64,000 nucleotides of DNA from Escherichia coli (lineage in GTDB: Bacteria; Pseudomonadota; Gammaproteobacteria; Enterobacterales; Enterobacteriaceae): NCBI RefSeq assembly GCF_965641715.1, contig NZ_OZ282453.1. One strand, given 5' to 3'. Shown here piece after piece: positions 45,502 through 57,717 of this stretch (within the stretch, counting starts at the first letter, position 1; every line of letters begins with the position of its first letter). A model generated the notes under the pieces. The model was not told the origin of the DNA. It worked only from the letters and a program-made list of their open reading frames with translations, and ran no database searches. The position numbers and the translations under genes are program-made.

Positions 45502-45557
45502 TGTCGATGAGTGTCGAAAATGACATTTCATCGGCATGTTTTCGTCAAAAATGACAA
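45502..45557. promoter_or_regulatory. Candidate FhlA upstream activating sequence in hycA-hycB intergenic region
   Basis: tgtcgatgagtgtcgaaaatgacatttcatcggcatgttttcgtcaaaaatgaca; first 25 bp nearly identical to the element at 44851. Confidence 0.5.
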
Positions 45558-45575
45558 TCACCTGAGGAATGCCTG

Positions 45576-46187
45576 GTGAATCGTTTTGTAATTGCTGACT
45601 CCACGCTCTGTATCGGCTGCCACACTTGTGAGGCCGCCTGTTCAGAGACGCATCGCCAGCACGGCCTGCAATCAATGCCGCGCCTGAGAGTGATGCTGAA
45701 TGAAAAAGAATCTGCGCCGCAGCTCTGTCACCACTGTGAAGATGCACCCTGCGCGGTGGTCTGCCCGGTTAACGCCATCACCCGCGTTGATGGGGCCGTG
45801 CAGTTGAATGAAAGCCTGTGCGTAAGCTGCAAGCTGTGCGGCATCGCCTGCCCGTTTGGCGCAATTGAATTTTCCGGCAGCCGTCCGCTGGATATTCCGG
45901 CAAATGCCAATACCCCGAAAGCGCCACCGGCACCGCCTGCTCCGGCGCGTATCAGTACGCTGCTTGACTGGGTGCCGGGTATTCGCGCGATCGCCGTCAA
46001 ATGTGACCTTTGCAGTTTTGATGAACAAGGTCCGGCCTGCGTGCGGATGTGCCCGACTAAAGCCCTGCATCTGGTGGATAACACCGATATCGCCCGCGTC
46101 AGCAAACGTAAGCGTGAGCTGACCTTTAACACGGACTTTGGCGATCTCACCTTGTTTCAGCAGGCTCAAAGTGGAGAGGCTAAATGA
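45576..46187 (+). CDS. hycB: Formate hydrogenlyase subunit 2, 4Fe-4S ferredoxin (203 aa)
   Basis: 203 aa, N-terminus MNRFVIADSTLCIGCHTCEAAC; four CxxCxxCxxxCP clusters. Confidence 0.95.
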   Translation: MNRFVIADSTLCIGCHTCEAACSETHRQHGLQSMPRLRVMLNEKESAPQLCHHCEDAPCAVVCPVNAITRVDGAVQLNESLCVSCKLCGIACPFGAIEFSGSRPLDIPANANTPKAPPAPPAPARISTLLDWVPGIRAIAVKCDLCSFDEQGPACVRMCPTKALHLVDNTDIARVSKRKRELTFNTDFGDLTLFQQAQSGEAK

Positions 46188-48010
46188 GCGCAATTTCCCT
46201 GATCAATAGCGGCGTGGCGTGGTTTGTCGCCGCCGCTGTTCTGGCATTTCTCTTTTCTTTTCAAAAGGCGCTAAGCGGCTGGATAGCCGGAATTGGCGGC
46301 GCGGTTGGTAGTCTGTATACGGCAGCCGCGGGCTTCACTGTACTGACTGGCGCGGTTGGCGTGAGCGGTGCGCTGTCGCTGGTAAGCTACGATGTGCAAA
46401 TCTCTCCGCTTAACGCGATTTGGCTGATTACGCTCGGTCTGTGCGGTCTGTTTGTCAGCCTCTACAACATTGACTGGCATCGCCACGCGCAGGTGAAGTG
46501 CAACGGCTTGCAGATCAATATGTTGATGGCTGCCGCCGTCTGCGCCGTCATTGCCAGCAACCTCGGCATGTTCGTGGTAATGGCCGAAGTCATGGCCTTG
46601 TGTGCGGTGTTCCTCACCAGCAACAGCAAAGAGGGCAAACTGTGGTTTGCGCTGGGGCGTCTTGGCACTCTGCTGCTGGTGATTGCTTGCTGGCTGCTGT
46701 GGCAGCGTTATGGCACGCTGGATCTGCGCCTGCTGGATATGCGTATGCAACAGCTGCCGCTCGGTTCCGATATCTGGCTGCTCGGTGTGATTGGCTTTGG
46801 CCTGCTGGCCGGGATTATTCCGCTGCACGGCTGGGTGCCGCAGGCACATGCTAACGCCTCTGCGCCAGCTGCCGCGTTGTTTTCTACGGTAGTCATGAAA
46901 ATTGGCCTGCTGGGCATTTTAACCCTGTCACTGCTGGGCGGTAATGCACCGCTGTGGTGGGGGATCGCGCTGCTGGTGCTCGGCATGATCACCGCGTTTG
47001 TCGGTGGTCTGTATGCGCTGATGGAGCACAACATCCAGCGCCTGCTGGCTTACCACACCCTGGAAAATATCGGCATTATCCTGCTGGGGCTGGGCGCTGG
47101 CGTAACGGGTATCGCGCTCGAACAACCGGCGCTGATTGCTCTTGGCCTGGTCGGTGGTCTGTACCATCTGCTTAACCATAGCCTGTTCAAAAGCGTACTG
47201 TTCCTCGGGGCGGGGAGCGTCTGGTTCCGTACCGGTCATCGCGATATCGAAAAACTCGGTGGTATTGGCAAGAAAATGCCGGTTATCTCCATCGCTATGT
47301 TAGTCGGGCTGATGGCAATGGCTGCACTGCCGCCGCTGAACGGTTTTGCCGGGGAATGGGTTATCTATCAATCCTTCTTCAAACTGAGCAATAGTGGCGC
47401 GTTTGTTGCACGTCTGCTGGGGCCGCTGCTCGCTGTGGGGCTGGCAATTACCGGTGCGCTGGCGGTTATGTGTATGGCGAAAGTCTATGGCGTCACGTTC
47501 CTCGGCGCGCCGCGTACCAAAGAAGCCGAAAACGCCACCTGTGCGCCGCTCCTGATGAGCGTAAGCGTAGTGGCACTGGCGATTTGCTGCGTAATTGGCG
47601 GTGTTGCTGCGCCGTGGCTGCTGCCGATGCTGTCTGCTGCTGTACCTCTGCCGCTGGAGCCTGCTAACACCACCGTTTCTCAACCGATGATCACGTTGCT
47701 GCTGATTGCCTGCCCGCTGCTGCCATTCATCATTATGGCGATTTGCAAAGGCGATCGTTTGCCATCGCGTTCCCGCGGCGCGGCCTGGGTGTGCGGCTAC
47801 GACCACGAAAAATCAATGGTGATTACCGCTCACGGTTTTGCCATGCCGGTGAAACAGGCGTTTGCGCCGGTGCTGAAACTGCGCAAATGGCTGAATCCGG
47901 TGTCGCTGGTGCCGGGCTGGCAGTGCGAGGGGAGTGCGTTGCTGTTCCGCCGGATGGCGCTGGTTGAACTGGCGGTACTGGTGGTGATTATTGTTTCACG
48001 AGGAGCCTGA
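46184..48010 (+). CDS. hycC: Formate hydrogenlyase subunit 3, membrane antiporter-like (608 aa)
   Basis: 608 aa polytopic membrane protein; overlaps hycB stop. Confidence 0.95.
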   Translation: MSAISLINSGVAWFVAAAVLAFLFSFQKALSGWIAGIGGAVGSLYTAAAGFTVLTGAVGVSGALSLVSYDVQISPLNAIWLITLGLCGLFVSLYNIDWHRHAQVKCNGLQINMLMAAAVCAVIASNLGMFVVMAEVMALCAVFLTSNSKEGKLWFALGRLGTLLLVIACWLLWQRYGTLDLRLLDMRMQQLPLGSDIWLLGVIGFGLLAGIIPLHGWVPQAHANASAPAAALFSTVVMKIGLLGILTLSLLGGNAPLWWGIALLVLGMITAFVGGLYALMEHNIQRLLAYHTLENIGIILLGLGAGVTGIALEQPALIALGLVGGLYHLLNHSLFKSVLFLGAGSVWFRTGHRDIEKLGGIGKKMPVISIAMLVGLMAMAALPPLNGFAGEWVIYQSFFKLSNSGAFVARLLGPLLAVGLAITGALAVMCMAKVYGVTFLGAPRTKEAENATCAPLLMSVSVVALAICCVIGGVAAPWLLPMLSAAVPLPLEPANTTVSQPMITLLLIACPLLPFIIMAICKGDRLPSRSRGAAWVCGYDHEKSMVITAHGFAMPVKQAFAPVLKLRKWLNPVSLVPGWQCEGSALLFRRMALVELAVLVVIIVSRGA

Positions 48011-48012
48011 GA

Positions 48013-48936
48013 ATGAGTGTTTTATATCCGTTAATTCAGGCGCTGGTGTTATTTGCCGTTGCGCCGCTGCTCTCCGGTATAACCCGCGTGGCGCGCGCCC
48101 GCTTGCATAACCGTCGCGGGCCGGGCGTGTTGCAGGAGTATCGCGACATTATCAAACTGCTGGGGCGTCAGAGCGTTGGCCCGGATGCCTCCGGCTGGGT
48201 TTTCCGCCTGACGCCGTATGTGATGGTGGGCGTCATGCTGACTATCGCTACTGCGCTGCCGGTGGTGACCGTTGGTTCTCCGCTGCCGCAGCTGGGTGAT
48301 TTGATCACCTTACTGTATCTCTTTGCCATAGCGCGTTTCTTCTTTGCCATTTCTGGTCTGGATACCGGTAGCCCGTTTACCGCTATCGGCGCGAGCCGTG
48401 AAGCGATGCTGGGTGTGCTGGTCGAACCGATGCTGCTGCTTGGTCTGTGGGTTGCCGCACAGGTTGCCGGTTCCACCAACATCAGCAACATCACCGACAC
48501 CGTTTATCACTGGCCGCTGAGCCAGAGCATCCCGCTGGTGCTGGCGCTTTGTGCCTGTGCGTTCGCCACTTTTATCGAAATGGGCAAACTGCCGTTCGAC
48601 CTGGCGGAAGCCGAGCAGGAGTTGCAGGAAGGTCCGCTCTCTGAGTACAGCGGCAGCGGCTTTGGCGTCATGAAATGGGGTATCAGCCTGAAACAGTTGG
48701 TGGTGCTGCAGATGTTCGTCGGGGTGTTTATTCCGTGGGGACAAATGGAAACCTTCACCGTCGGTGGGCTGCTGCTGGCGTTGGTGATTGCCATCGTCAA
48801 ACTGGTGGTCGGCGTCCTGGTTATCGCGCTGTTCGAAAACAGCATGGCCCGTCTGCGTCTTGATATTACTCCGCGCATTACCTGGGCTGGGTTTGGCTTT
48901 GCATTTTTAGCGTTCGTCTCCTTGCTGGCGGCGTGA
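48013..48936 (+). CDS. hycD: Formate hydrogenlyase subunit 4, membrane (307 aa)
   Basis: 307 aa membrane protein (NuoH-like), N-terminus MSVLYPLIQALVLFAVAPLLSG. Confidence 0.95.
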   Translation: MSVLYPLIQALVLFAVAPLLSGITRVARARLHNRRGPGVLQEYRDIIKLLGRQSVGPDASGWVFRLTPYVMVGVMLTIATALPVVTVGSPLPQLGDLITLLYLFAIARFFFAISGLDTGSPFTAIGASREAMLGVLVEPMLLLGLWVAAQVAGSTNISNITDTVYHWPLSQSIPLVLALCACAFATFIEMGKLPFDLAEAEQELQEGPLSEYSGSGFGVMKWGISLKQLVVLQMFVGVFIPWGQMETFTVGGLLLALVIAIVKLVVGVLVIALFENSMARLRLDITPRITWAGFGFAFLAFVSLLAA

Positions 48937-48953
48937 TTAAAGAGAGTTTGAGC

Positions 48954-50663
48954 ATGTCTGAAGAAAAATTAGGTCAACATTATCTCGCCGCGCTGAATGA
49001 GGCATTTCCGGGCGTCGTGCTGGACCACGCCTGGCAGACCAAAGATCAGCTGACTGTCACCGTAAAGGTGAACTACCTGCCGGAAGTGGTGGAGTTTCTT
49101 TACTACAAACAGGGTGGCTGGCTGTCGGTGCTGTTTGGTAACGACGAACGCAAACTGAATGGTCATTACGCCGTTTATTACGTGCTGTCGATGGAGAAGG
49201 GCACCAAGTGTTGGGTAACGGTTCGCGTCGAAGTTGATGCCAACAAACCGGAGTATCCGTCCGTGACGCCGCGCGTTCCGGCGGCGGTGTGGGGCGAGCG
49301 CGAAGTGCGCGATATGTACGGTTTGATTCCGGTAGGGCTGCCGGATGAACGCCGTCTGGTGCTGCCGGATGACTGGCCGGATGAACTTTATCCGCTGCGT
49401 AAAGACAGCATGGATTATCGTCAGCGTCCGGCACCGACCACCGATGCTGAAACCTACGAGTTCATCAACGAACTGGGCGACAAGAAAAACAACGTCGTGC
49501 CGATTGGTCCGTTGCACGTCACTTCCGACGAACCGGGTCACTTCCGTCTGTTCGTCGATGGCGAAAACATTATCGACGCCGACTACCGTCTGTTCTACGT
49601 CCATCGCGGCATGGAAAAACTGGCGGAAACCCGCATGGGTTATAACGAAGTGACCTTCCTCTCTGACCGTGTGTGCGGGATCTGCGGCTTTGCTCACAGC
49701 ACCGCCTACACCACGTCGGTGGAAAACGCGATGGGTATTCAGGTGCCAGAACGTGCGCAGATGATCCGCGCCATTCTGCTGGAGGTGGAACGCCTGCACT
49801 CGCATCTGCTCAACCTCGGTCTTGCCTGCCACTTTACCGGCTTTGACTCCGGCTTTATGCAGTTCTTCCGCGTGCGTGAAACCTCCATGAAAATGGCGGA
49901 GATCCTTACTGGTGCGCGTAAAACCTACGGCCTGAACCTGATCGGCGGGATTCGTCGCGATCTGCTGAAAGATGACATGATCCAGACCCGTCAACTGGCG
50001 CAACAGATGCGTCGTGAAGTGCAGGAGCTGGTGGATGTGCTGCTGAGTACGCCGAACATGGAACAGCGCACTGTCGGCATTGGTCGTCTGGACCCGGAAA
50101 TCGCTCGCGACTTCAGTAACGTCGGCCCGATGGTCCGTGCCAGCGGTCACGCCCGCGATACTCGCGCCGATCACCCGTTTGTTGGTTATGGCCTGCTGCC
50201 AATGGAAGTCCACAGCGAGCAGGGCTGCGACGTTATTTCCCGTCTGAAAGTGCGTATCAACGAAGTCTATACCGCGCTGAACATGATCGACTACGGTCTG
50301 GATAACCTGCCGGGTGGCCCACTGATGGTGGAAGGCTTTACCTACATTCCGCACCGCTTTGCGCTGGGCTTTGCCGAAGCGCCGCGCGGCGATGATATCC
50401 ACTGGAGCATGACCGGCGACAACCAGAAGCTGTACCGCTGGCGCTGCCGTGCCGCGACCTACGCGAACTGGCCGACCCTGCGCTACATGCTGCGCGGCAA
50501 CACCGTTTCCGATGCGCCGCTGATTATCGGTAGCCTGGACCCTTGCTACTCCTGTACCGACCGCATGACCGTAGTCGATGTGCGTAAGAAGAAGAGCAAA
50601 GTGGTGCCGTACAAAGAACTCGAGCGCTACAGCATTGAGCGTAAAAACTCGCCGCTGAAATAA
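48954..50663 (+). CDS. hycE: Hydrogenase 3 large subunit [NiFe] (569 aa)
   Basis: ORF 48933..50663; start at 48954 giving MSEEKLGQHYL; N-terminal RVCGICGFAHS and C-terminal DPCYSCTDR nickel-binding motifs. Confidence 0.95.
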   Translation: MSEEKLGQHYLAALNEAFPGVVLDHAWQTKDQLTVTVKVNYLPEVVEFLYYKQGGWLSVLFGNDERKLNGHYAVYYVLSMEKGTKCWVTVRVEVDANKPEYPSVTPRVPAAVWGEREVRDMYGLIPVGLPDERRLVLPDDWPDELYPLRKDSMDYRQRPAPTTDAETYEFINELGDKKNNVVPIGPLHVTSDEPGHFRLFVDGENIIDADYRLFYVHRGMEKLAETRMGYNEVTFLSDRVCGICGFAHSTAYTTSVENAMGIQVPERAQMIRAILLEVERLHSHLLNLGLACHFTGFDSGFMQFFRVRETSMKMAEILTGARKTYGLNLIGGIRRDLLKDDMIQTRQLAQQMRREVQELVDVLLSTPNMEQRTVGIGRLDPEIARDFSNVGPMVRASGHARDTRADHPFVGYGLLPMEVHSEQGCDVISRLKVRINEVYTALNMIDYGLDNLPGGPLMVEGFTYIPHRFALGFAEAPRGDDIHWSMTGDNQKLYRWRCRAATYANWPTLRYMLRGNTVSDAPLIIGSLDPCYSCTDRMTVVDVRKKKSKVVPYKELERYSIERKNSPLK

Positions 50664-50672
50664 GGAATCGCC

Positions 50673-51215
50673 ATGTTTACCTTTATCAAAAAAGTCATCA
50701 AAACCGGCACGGCGACCTCGTCTTATCCGCTGGAGCCGATTGCGGTTGATAAAAACTTCCGTGGTAAGCCAGAGCAGAACCCGCAGCAGTGCATCGGCTG
50801 CGCGGCCTGCGTCAATGCCTGCCCGTCAAACGCCTTAACGGTTGAAACTGACCTCGCCACAGGAGAGCTTGCGTGGGAGTTTAATCTCGGGCGTTGCATC
50901 TTCTGTGGACGCTGCGAAGAAGTTTGCCCGACGGCGGCGATCAAACTGTCGCAAGAGTACGAACTGGCGGTGTGGAAGAAAGAAGACTTCCTGCAACAGT
51001 CCCGCTTCGCGCTGTGTAACTGCCGCGTCTGCAATCGTCCTTTCGCCGTTCAGAAAGAGATCGACTACGCCATTGCGCTGCTTAAGCACAACGGCGACAG
51101 CCGCGCGGAAAACCACCGCGAAAGCTTTGAGACTTGCCCGGAATGTAAGCGCCAGAAATGCCTGGTGCCGTCCGACCGTATTGAACTGACTCGCCATATG
51201 AAAGAGGCCATCTGA
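50673..51215 (+). CDS. hycF: Formate hydrogenlyase subunit 6, 4Fe-4S ferredoxin (180 aa)
   Basis: 180 aa; [12 protein letters not shown] and [12 protein letters not shown] motifs. Confidence 0.95.
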   Translation: MFTFIKKVIKTGTATSSYPLEPIAVDKNFRGKPEQNPQQCIGCAACVNACPSNALTVETDLATGELAWEFNLGRCIFCGRCEEVCPTAAIKLSQEYELAVWKKEDFLQQSRFALCNCRVCNRPFAVQKEIDYAIALLKHNGDSRAENHRESFETCPECKRQKCLVPSDRIELTRHMKEAI

Positions 51216-51982
51216 TGAGCAATTTATTAGGCCCCCGTGACGCCAACGGCATTCCGGTCCCGATGACGGTGGATGAATCCATCGCCAGTATGAAGGCGTC
51301 GTTACTGAAAAAAATCAAACGCTCTGCCTACGTTTACCGCGTGGACTGCGGCGGCTGCAACGGCTGCGAAATCGAAATTTTCGCCACGCTTTCGCCGCTG
51401 TTTGATGCAGAACGCTTCGGCATTAAAGTCGTTCCTTCACCGCGTCATGCGGATATTTTACTGTTTACCGGCGCGGTCACCCGTGCAATGCGATCCCCTG
51501 CGCTGCGTGCGTGGCAGTCCGCGCCGGACCCGAAAATTTGTATCTCCTACGGTGCCTGCGGTAACAGCGGCGGGATCTTCCACGATCTCTACTGCGTGTG
51601 GGGCGGTACGGATAAAATCGTCCCGGTGGATGTTTATATCCCTGGCTGCCCGCCAACGCCTGCCGCCACGCTGTACGGCTTTGCAATGGCGCTCGGCCTG
51701 CTGGAGCAGAAAATTCACGCCCGTGGGCCGGGTGAGCAGGATGAACAACCGGCGGAGATCCTGCATGGCGATATGGTGCAGTCGCTGCGTGTGAAAGTGG
51801 ATCGCGAAGCACGTCGACTGGCGGGTTATCGTTACGGTCGTCAGATTGCCGATGATTACCTTACACAGTTAGGGCAGGGCGAAGAACAGGTTGCACGCTG
51901 GCTGGAAGCGGAAAACGATCCGCGTCTGAACGAGATTGTCAGCCATCTGAATCATGTTGTTGAAGAGGCGCGTATCCGATGA
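51215..51982 (+). CDS. hycG: Hydrogenase 3 small subunit (255 aa)
   Basis: 255 aa; NuoB-like cysteine motifs ([14 protein letters not shown]). Confidence 0.95.
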   Translation: MSNLLGPRDANGIPVPMTVDESIASMKASLLKKIKRSAYVYRVDCGGCNGCEIEIFATLSPLFDAERFGIKVVPSPRHADILLFTGAVTRAMRSPALRAWQSAPDPKICISYGACGNSGGIFHDLYCVWGGTDKIVPVDVYIPGCPPTPAATLYGFAMALGLLEQKIHARGPGEQDEQPAEILHGDMVQSLRVKVDREARRLAGYRYGRQIADDYLTQLGQGEEQVARWLEAENDPRLNEIVSHLNHVVEEARIR

Positions 51983-52389
51983 GTGAAAAGGTGGTGTTCA
52001 GTCAACTGAGCCGTAAATTTATTGATGAGAACGATGCCACGCCCGCCGAGGCGCAGCAGGTGGTCTATTACAGCCTGGCGATTGGTCACCACCTTGGGGT
52101 TATCGATTGCCTGGAAGCGGCGCTCACCTGCCCGTGGGATGAATATCTGGCATGGATTGCCACTCTGGAGGCGGGCAGCGAAGCCCGCCGCAAAATGGAA
52201 GGTGTGCCGAAATATGGTGAGATCGTCATCGACATTAACCATGTGCCGATGCTGGCCAATGCATTCGATAAAGCCCGGGCAGCGCAAACTTCGCAGCAGC
52301 AGGAATGGAGTACAATGCTGTTAAGTATGCTGCATGATATTCATCAGGAAAACGCCATCTATTTGATGGTGAGGAGACTGCGTGACTGA
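51979..52389 (+). CDS. hycH: Formate hydrogenlyase maturation protein HycH (136 aa)
   Basis: 136 aa, N-terminus [19 protein letters not shown]; overlaps hycG stop. Confidence 0.93.
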   Translation: MSEKVVFSQLSRKFIDENDATPAEAQQVVYYSLAIGHHLGVIDCLEAALTCPWDEYLAWIATLEAGSEARRKMEGVPKYGEIVIDINHVPMLANAFDKARAAQTSQQQEWSTMLLSMLHDIHQENAIYLMVRRLRD

Positions 52390-52852
52390 CGTTTTACTCT
52401 GTGTTGGCAATAGCATGATGGGCGATGATGGCGCAGGTCCGCTGCTGGCGGAAAAGTGCGCCGCCGCGCCGAAAGGTAACTGGGTGGTGATTGACGGCGG
52501 TAGTGCACCGGAAAACGACATCGTCGCCATCCGTGAACTGCGCCCTACGCGACTGCTGATTGTCGACGCCACGGATATGGGGCTAAACCCCGGCGAGATC
52601 CGCATCATCGACCCGGATGACATCGCCGAGATGTTTATGATGACTACCCATAACATGCCGTTGAACTACCTTATCGATCAGTTGAAAGAAGATATTGGCG
52701 AAGTGATTTTCCTCGGCATCCAGCCGGATATCGTCGGCTTTTACTACCCGATGACCCAGCCGATTAAAGATGCGGTAGAAACCGTTTATCAACGACTGGA
52801 AGGCTGGGAAGGGAACGGCGGATTTGCGCAGTTAGCGGTGGAAGAAGAATAA
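52382..52852 (+). CDS. hycI: Hydrogenase 3 maturation endopeptidase HycI (156 aa)
   Basis: 156 aa, N-terminus [22 protein letters not shown]; overlaps hycH stop. Confidence 0.95.
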   Translation: MTDVLLCVGNSMMGDDGAGPLLAEKCAAAPKGNWVVIDGGSAPENDIVAIRELRPTRLLIVDATDMGLNPGEIRIIDPDDIAEMFMMTTHNMPLNYLIDQLKEDIGEVIFLGIQPDIVGFYYPMTQPIKDAVETVYQRLEGWEGNGGFAQLAVEEE

Positions 52853-52894
52853 TTCTTCATCAGGGAATTCAGGGAATTGAACATCAGAACAGGG

Positions 52895-53650
52895 ATGTGC
52901 GCTTTTTTATTGAGCTTAGTGCAGCCTGCACAGGCCACCAGCTTTACCGAATATCTGCCAATGAGTGGCAGCGAATATGCGCAAAAGCGGGCGCTGAAAC
53001 CTCTCCTGACCATGCCTTATTATACCGAGCAAACTTGGCATTTTAGAAAAATCGGCGTTGCTGGCGTGACGCTTGAGAAGATGCCAAATGAGGAGGATTA
53101 CTGGCAATTAACCGCTAAAGACCGCGCCGGTAAATCCTGGACGGTGCCAGTGGGGTTGCTGGCAAATATGGCGGGCAAAGGGCAGCTCTATCGCGCCGAT
53201 CTGGATCGTAACGGCATTCAGGATCTGGTTATCTGGTTGCCAAGTGCCGCTAATGGTCTGGCGCCCTATGCACATTTAATCCTCATGACGTTCACGCGCG
53301 AAGGCCGTCCCTGTGTCTTTGAACCCTGGGGATTCTACACCGCAAACAAAACTGGCGTAGATGATTTGCTGGATTTGCAAGGCAATGGTCACACGCAATT
53401 GCTGGATATGCAGTTTAATTCTGGTTACTGGATAACCAGTCTGTATCAGGTAAAAGACGCCAAATGGCAGCGTGTTCACGGCTGGTTTGGCAAGTTAAGC
53501 TATCCCGCGCTCACGCGATTTACTTATACCCCCAACCGTAAACTCGTCCTCAAACCCATCGCCGGACGCGACCCGCAAACGGAAGATCTGGCGCTGACGC
53601 AGCGTTGCTTGATAAAGGGGGATGTGCTTGATGGGGTGAACCAGAACTGA
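52895..53650 (+). CDS. Hypothetical exported protein (about 251 aa, predicted signal peptide)
   Basis: ORF 52877..53650 with TTG start; more likely ATG at 52895 giving MCAFLLSLVQPAQA|TSF (signal-peptide-like, AQA cleavage motif); two D-x-D/Q-x-N-G repeats (DLDRNGIQDLV, DLQGNGHTQLLD); no family recognised. Confidence 0.65.
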   Translation: MCAFLLSLVQPAQATSFTEYLPMSGSEYAQKRALKPLLTMPYYTEQTWHFRKIGVAGVTLEKMPNEEDYWQLTAKDRAGKSWTVPVGLLANMAGKGQLYRADLDRNGIQDLVIWLPSAANGLAPYAHLILMTFTREGRPCVFEPWGFYTANKTGVDDLLDLQGNGHTQLLDMQFNSGYWITSLYQVKDAKWQRVHGWFGKLSYPALTRFTYTPNRKLVLKPIAGRDPQTEDLALTQRCLIKGDVLDGVNQN

Positions 53651-53703
53651 CTTTTTGCAGAGTGGCTATGTGGATTTTGGGGGTAATTATATAGCGCACA
53701 AGT

Positions 53704-53741
53704 GTTTACATATTGTGAACTTGGATTTGATGAGCTATAGT
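53704..53741 (+). promoter_or_regulatory. Candidate promoter with overlapping operator palindrome upstream of higB-like gene
   Basis: Imperfect inverted repeat GTTTACA-tat-TGTGAAC (53704..53720) overlapping a TTGTGA -35-like hexamer, 17-bp spacer, then TATAGT (53736..53741); about 70 bp upstream of toxin ATG. Confidence 0.35.
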
Positions 53742-53811
53742 TTCCGAACACATAAGGATAGAACTCGCAGATGTGGCTGTTTACTTACTATAAGGAAGTT
53801 AAAACTTAAAA

Positions 53812-54123
53812 ATGCACATCATTTCTAAAGCGCCATTTGAAGAGTGTGCGCGCAAATATCCTAACGACGCTCTGGCTCTACACTCATTGTATCGGGTTAT
53901 TAAGGAAACGGATTTTTCTACACCAGAAGAAATGCGAACGGCGTTTCCCAACCTCGACAATTTTAGATATCGCAACAAATGGTACGTTCTGGATGTCGGC
54001 GGGAACAATCTTAGGGTTATTGCCTACATAAACTTTGTTAATAAGCGGTTCTTTGTGAAGCACATAACGAATCACGCAGAGTATGACAAACTGACACGTT
54101 ACTACAGAGAGAACAAAGAATGA
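53812..54123 (+). CDS. HigB-like type II toxin (RelE/ParE superfamily mRNA interferase, 103 aa)
   Basis: 103 aa; shares the HigB pattern FPNLDNF.Y....YVLDVGGNNLRVIAY...........KHITNHAEYD with K-12 HigB as recalled; stop overlaps downstream ATG (ATGA). Confidence 0.8.
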   Translation: MHIISKAPFEECARKYPNDALALHSLYRVIKETDFSTPEEMRTAFPNLDNFRYRNKWYVLDVGGNNLRVIAYINFVNKRFFVKHITNHAEYDKLTRYYRENKE

Positions 54124-54539
54124 CTGCTAATGCTGCACGCGCTGTTAAAGCAACAAGAGAACTGGTCAATGCAGTCCCCTTTCTGGGAGGCAGTGACTCA
54201 GAAGATGATTATCGTGAAGCACTGGAACTGGTCGAATATTTGATTGAAGAAGATGACACCAATCCACTTATCGACTTTCTGGCGAGCCGCATTGCAGAGT
54301 ATGAAAACAACAACGAAAAGTTTGCAGAGTTCGACAAAGCCGTTGCGGCAATGCCGGTTGGCGTGGCGTTACTTCGCACGTTGATTGATCAACATAATCT
54401 GACCTATGCGGATTTGAAGAACGAAATCGGCTCTAAATCCCTGGTCAGTCAGATTTTGTCTGGACAACGATCCCTGACAATATCCCACATTAAGGCACTT
54501 TCAGCCCGATTTGGCGTTAAGCCGGAATGGTTTCTTTGA
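54120..54539 (+). CDS. HigA-like antitoxin (HTH XRE-family, 139 aa)
   Basis: 139 aa; VPFLGGSDSEDDYREALELVEYLIEED...NPLIDFLASRIAEYE...EFAEFDKAVAAMPVGVALLRTLIDQHNLTYADL...IGSKSLVSQILSGQRSLT parallels HigA; translationally coupled to toxin. Confidence 0.8.
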   Translation: MTANAARAVKATRELVNAVPFLGGSDSEDDYREALELVEYLIEEDDTNPLIDFLASRIAEYENNNEKFAEFDKAVAAMPVGVALLRTLIDQHNLTYADLKNEIGSKSLVSQILSGQRSLTISHIKALSARFGVKPEWFL

Positions 54540-54574
54540 TTTTGACTGATGCCAAACCCCAGATAGCCCGATGC

Positions 54575-54650
54575 GCAGTGCTTATCGGGCCTGCATAGTT
54601 CGTGCGACATGTAAGCCGGATAAGGCGTTCACGCCGCATCCGGCACGGTT
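54575..54650. repeat. REP/BIME element pair between higA-like gene and ascB
   Basis: gcccgatgcgcagtgcttatcgggcctgc and gccggataaggcgttcacgccgcatccggcac palindromes. Confidence 0.6.
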
Positions 54651-54652
54651 AC

Positions 54653-57543
<2,891 letters not shown>

Positions 57544-57611
57544 CGGATTTTATCCTGTTATCAGTAGGGTAGATGTAGTTGTTATCAGTCGACGTGACGG
57601 AAAAATGCCGA

Positions 57612-57717
57612 TGCTGAAACGGAATTAAGAAACCGGTTTCACAAAATCATGAATAGTTGTCACCAAATAAGCAAGAGAGTTAATTGTTCATTTTTTATAT
57701 TTGTGAAACCGGTCACC
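57612..57717. promoter_or_regulatory. ascF promoter region with two LacI/GalR-type operator-like palindromes (candidate AscG sites)
   Basis: GAAACCGGTTTC perfect 12-bp palindrome at 57629..57640 and GTGAAACCGGTCAC at 57704..57717; also GCTGAAACGG at 57613. Confidence 0.45.
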
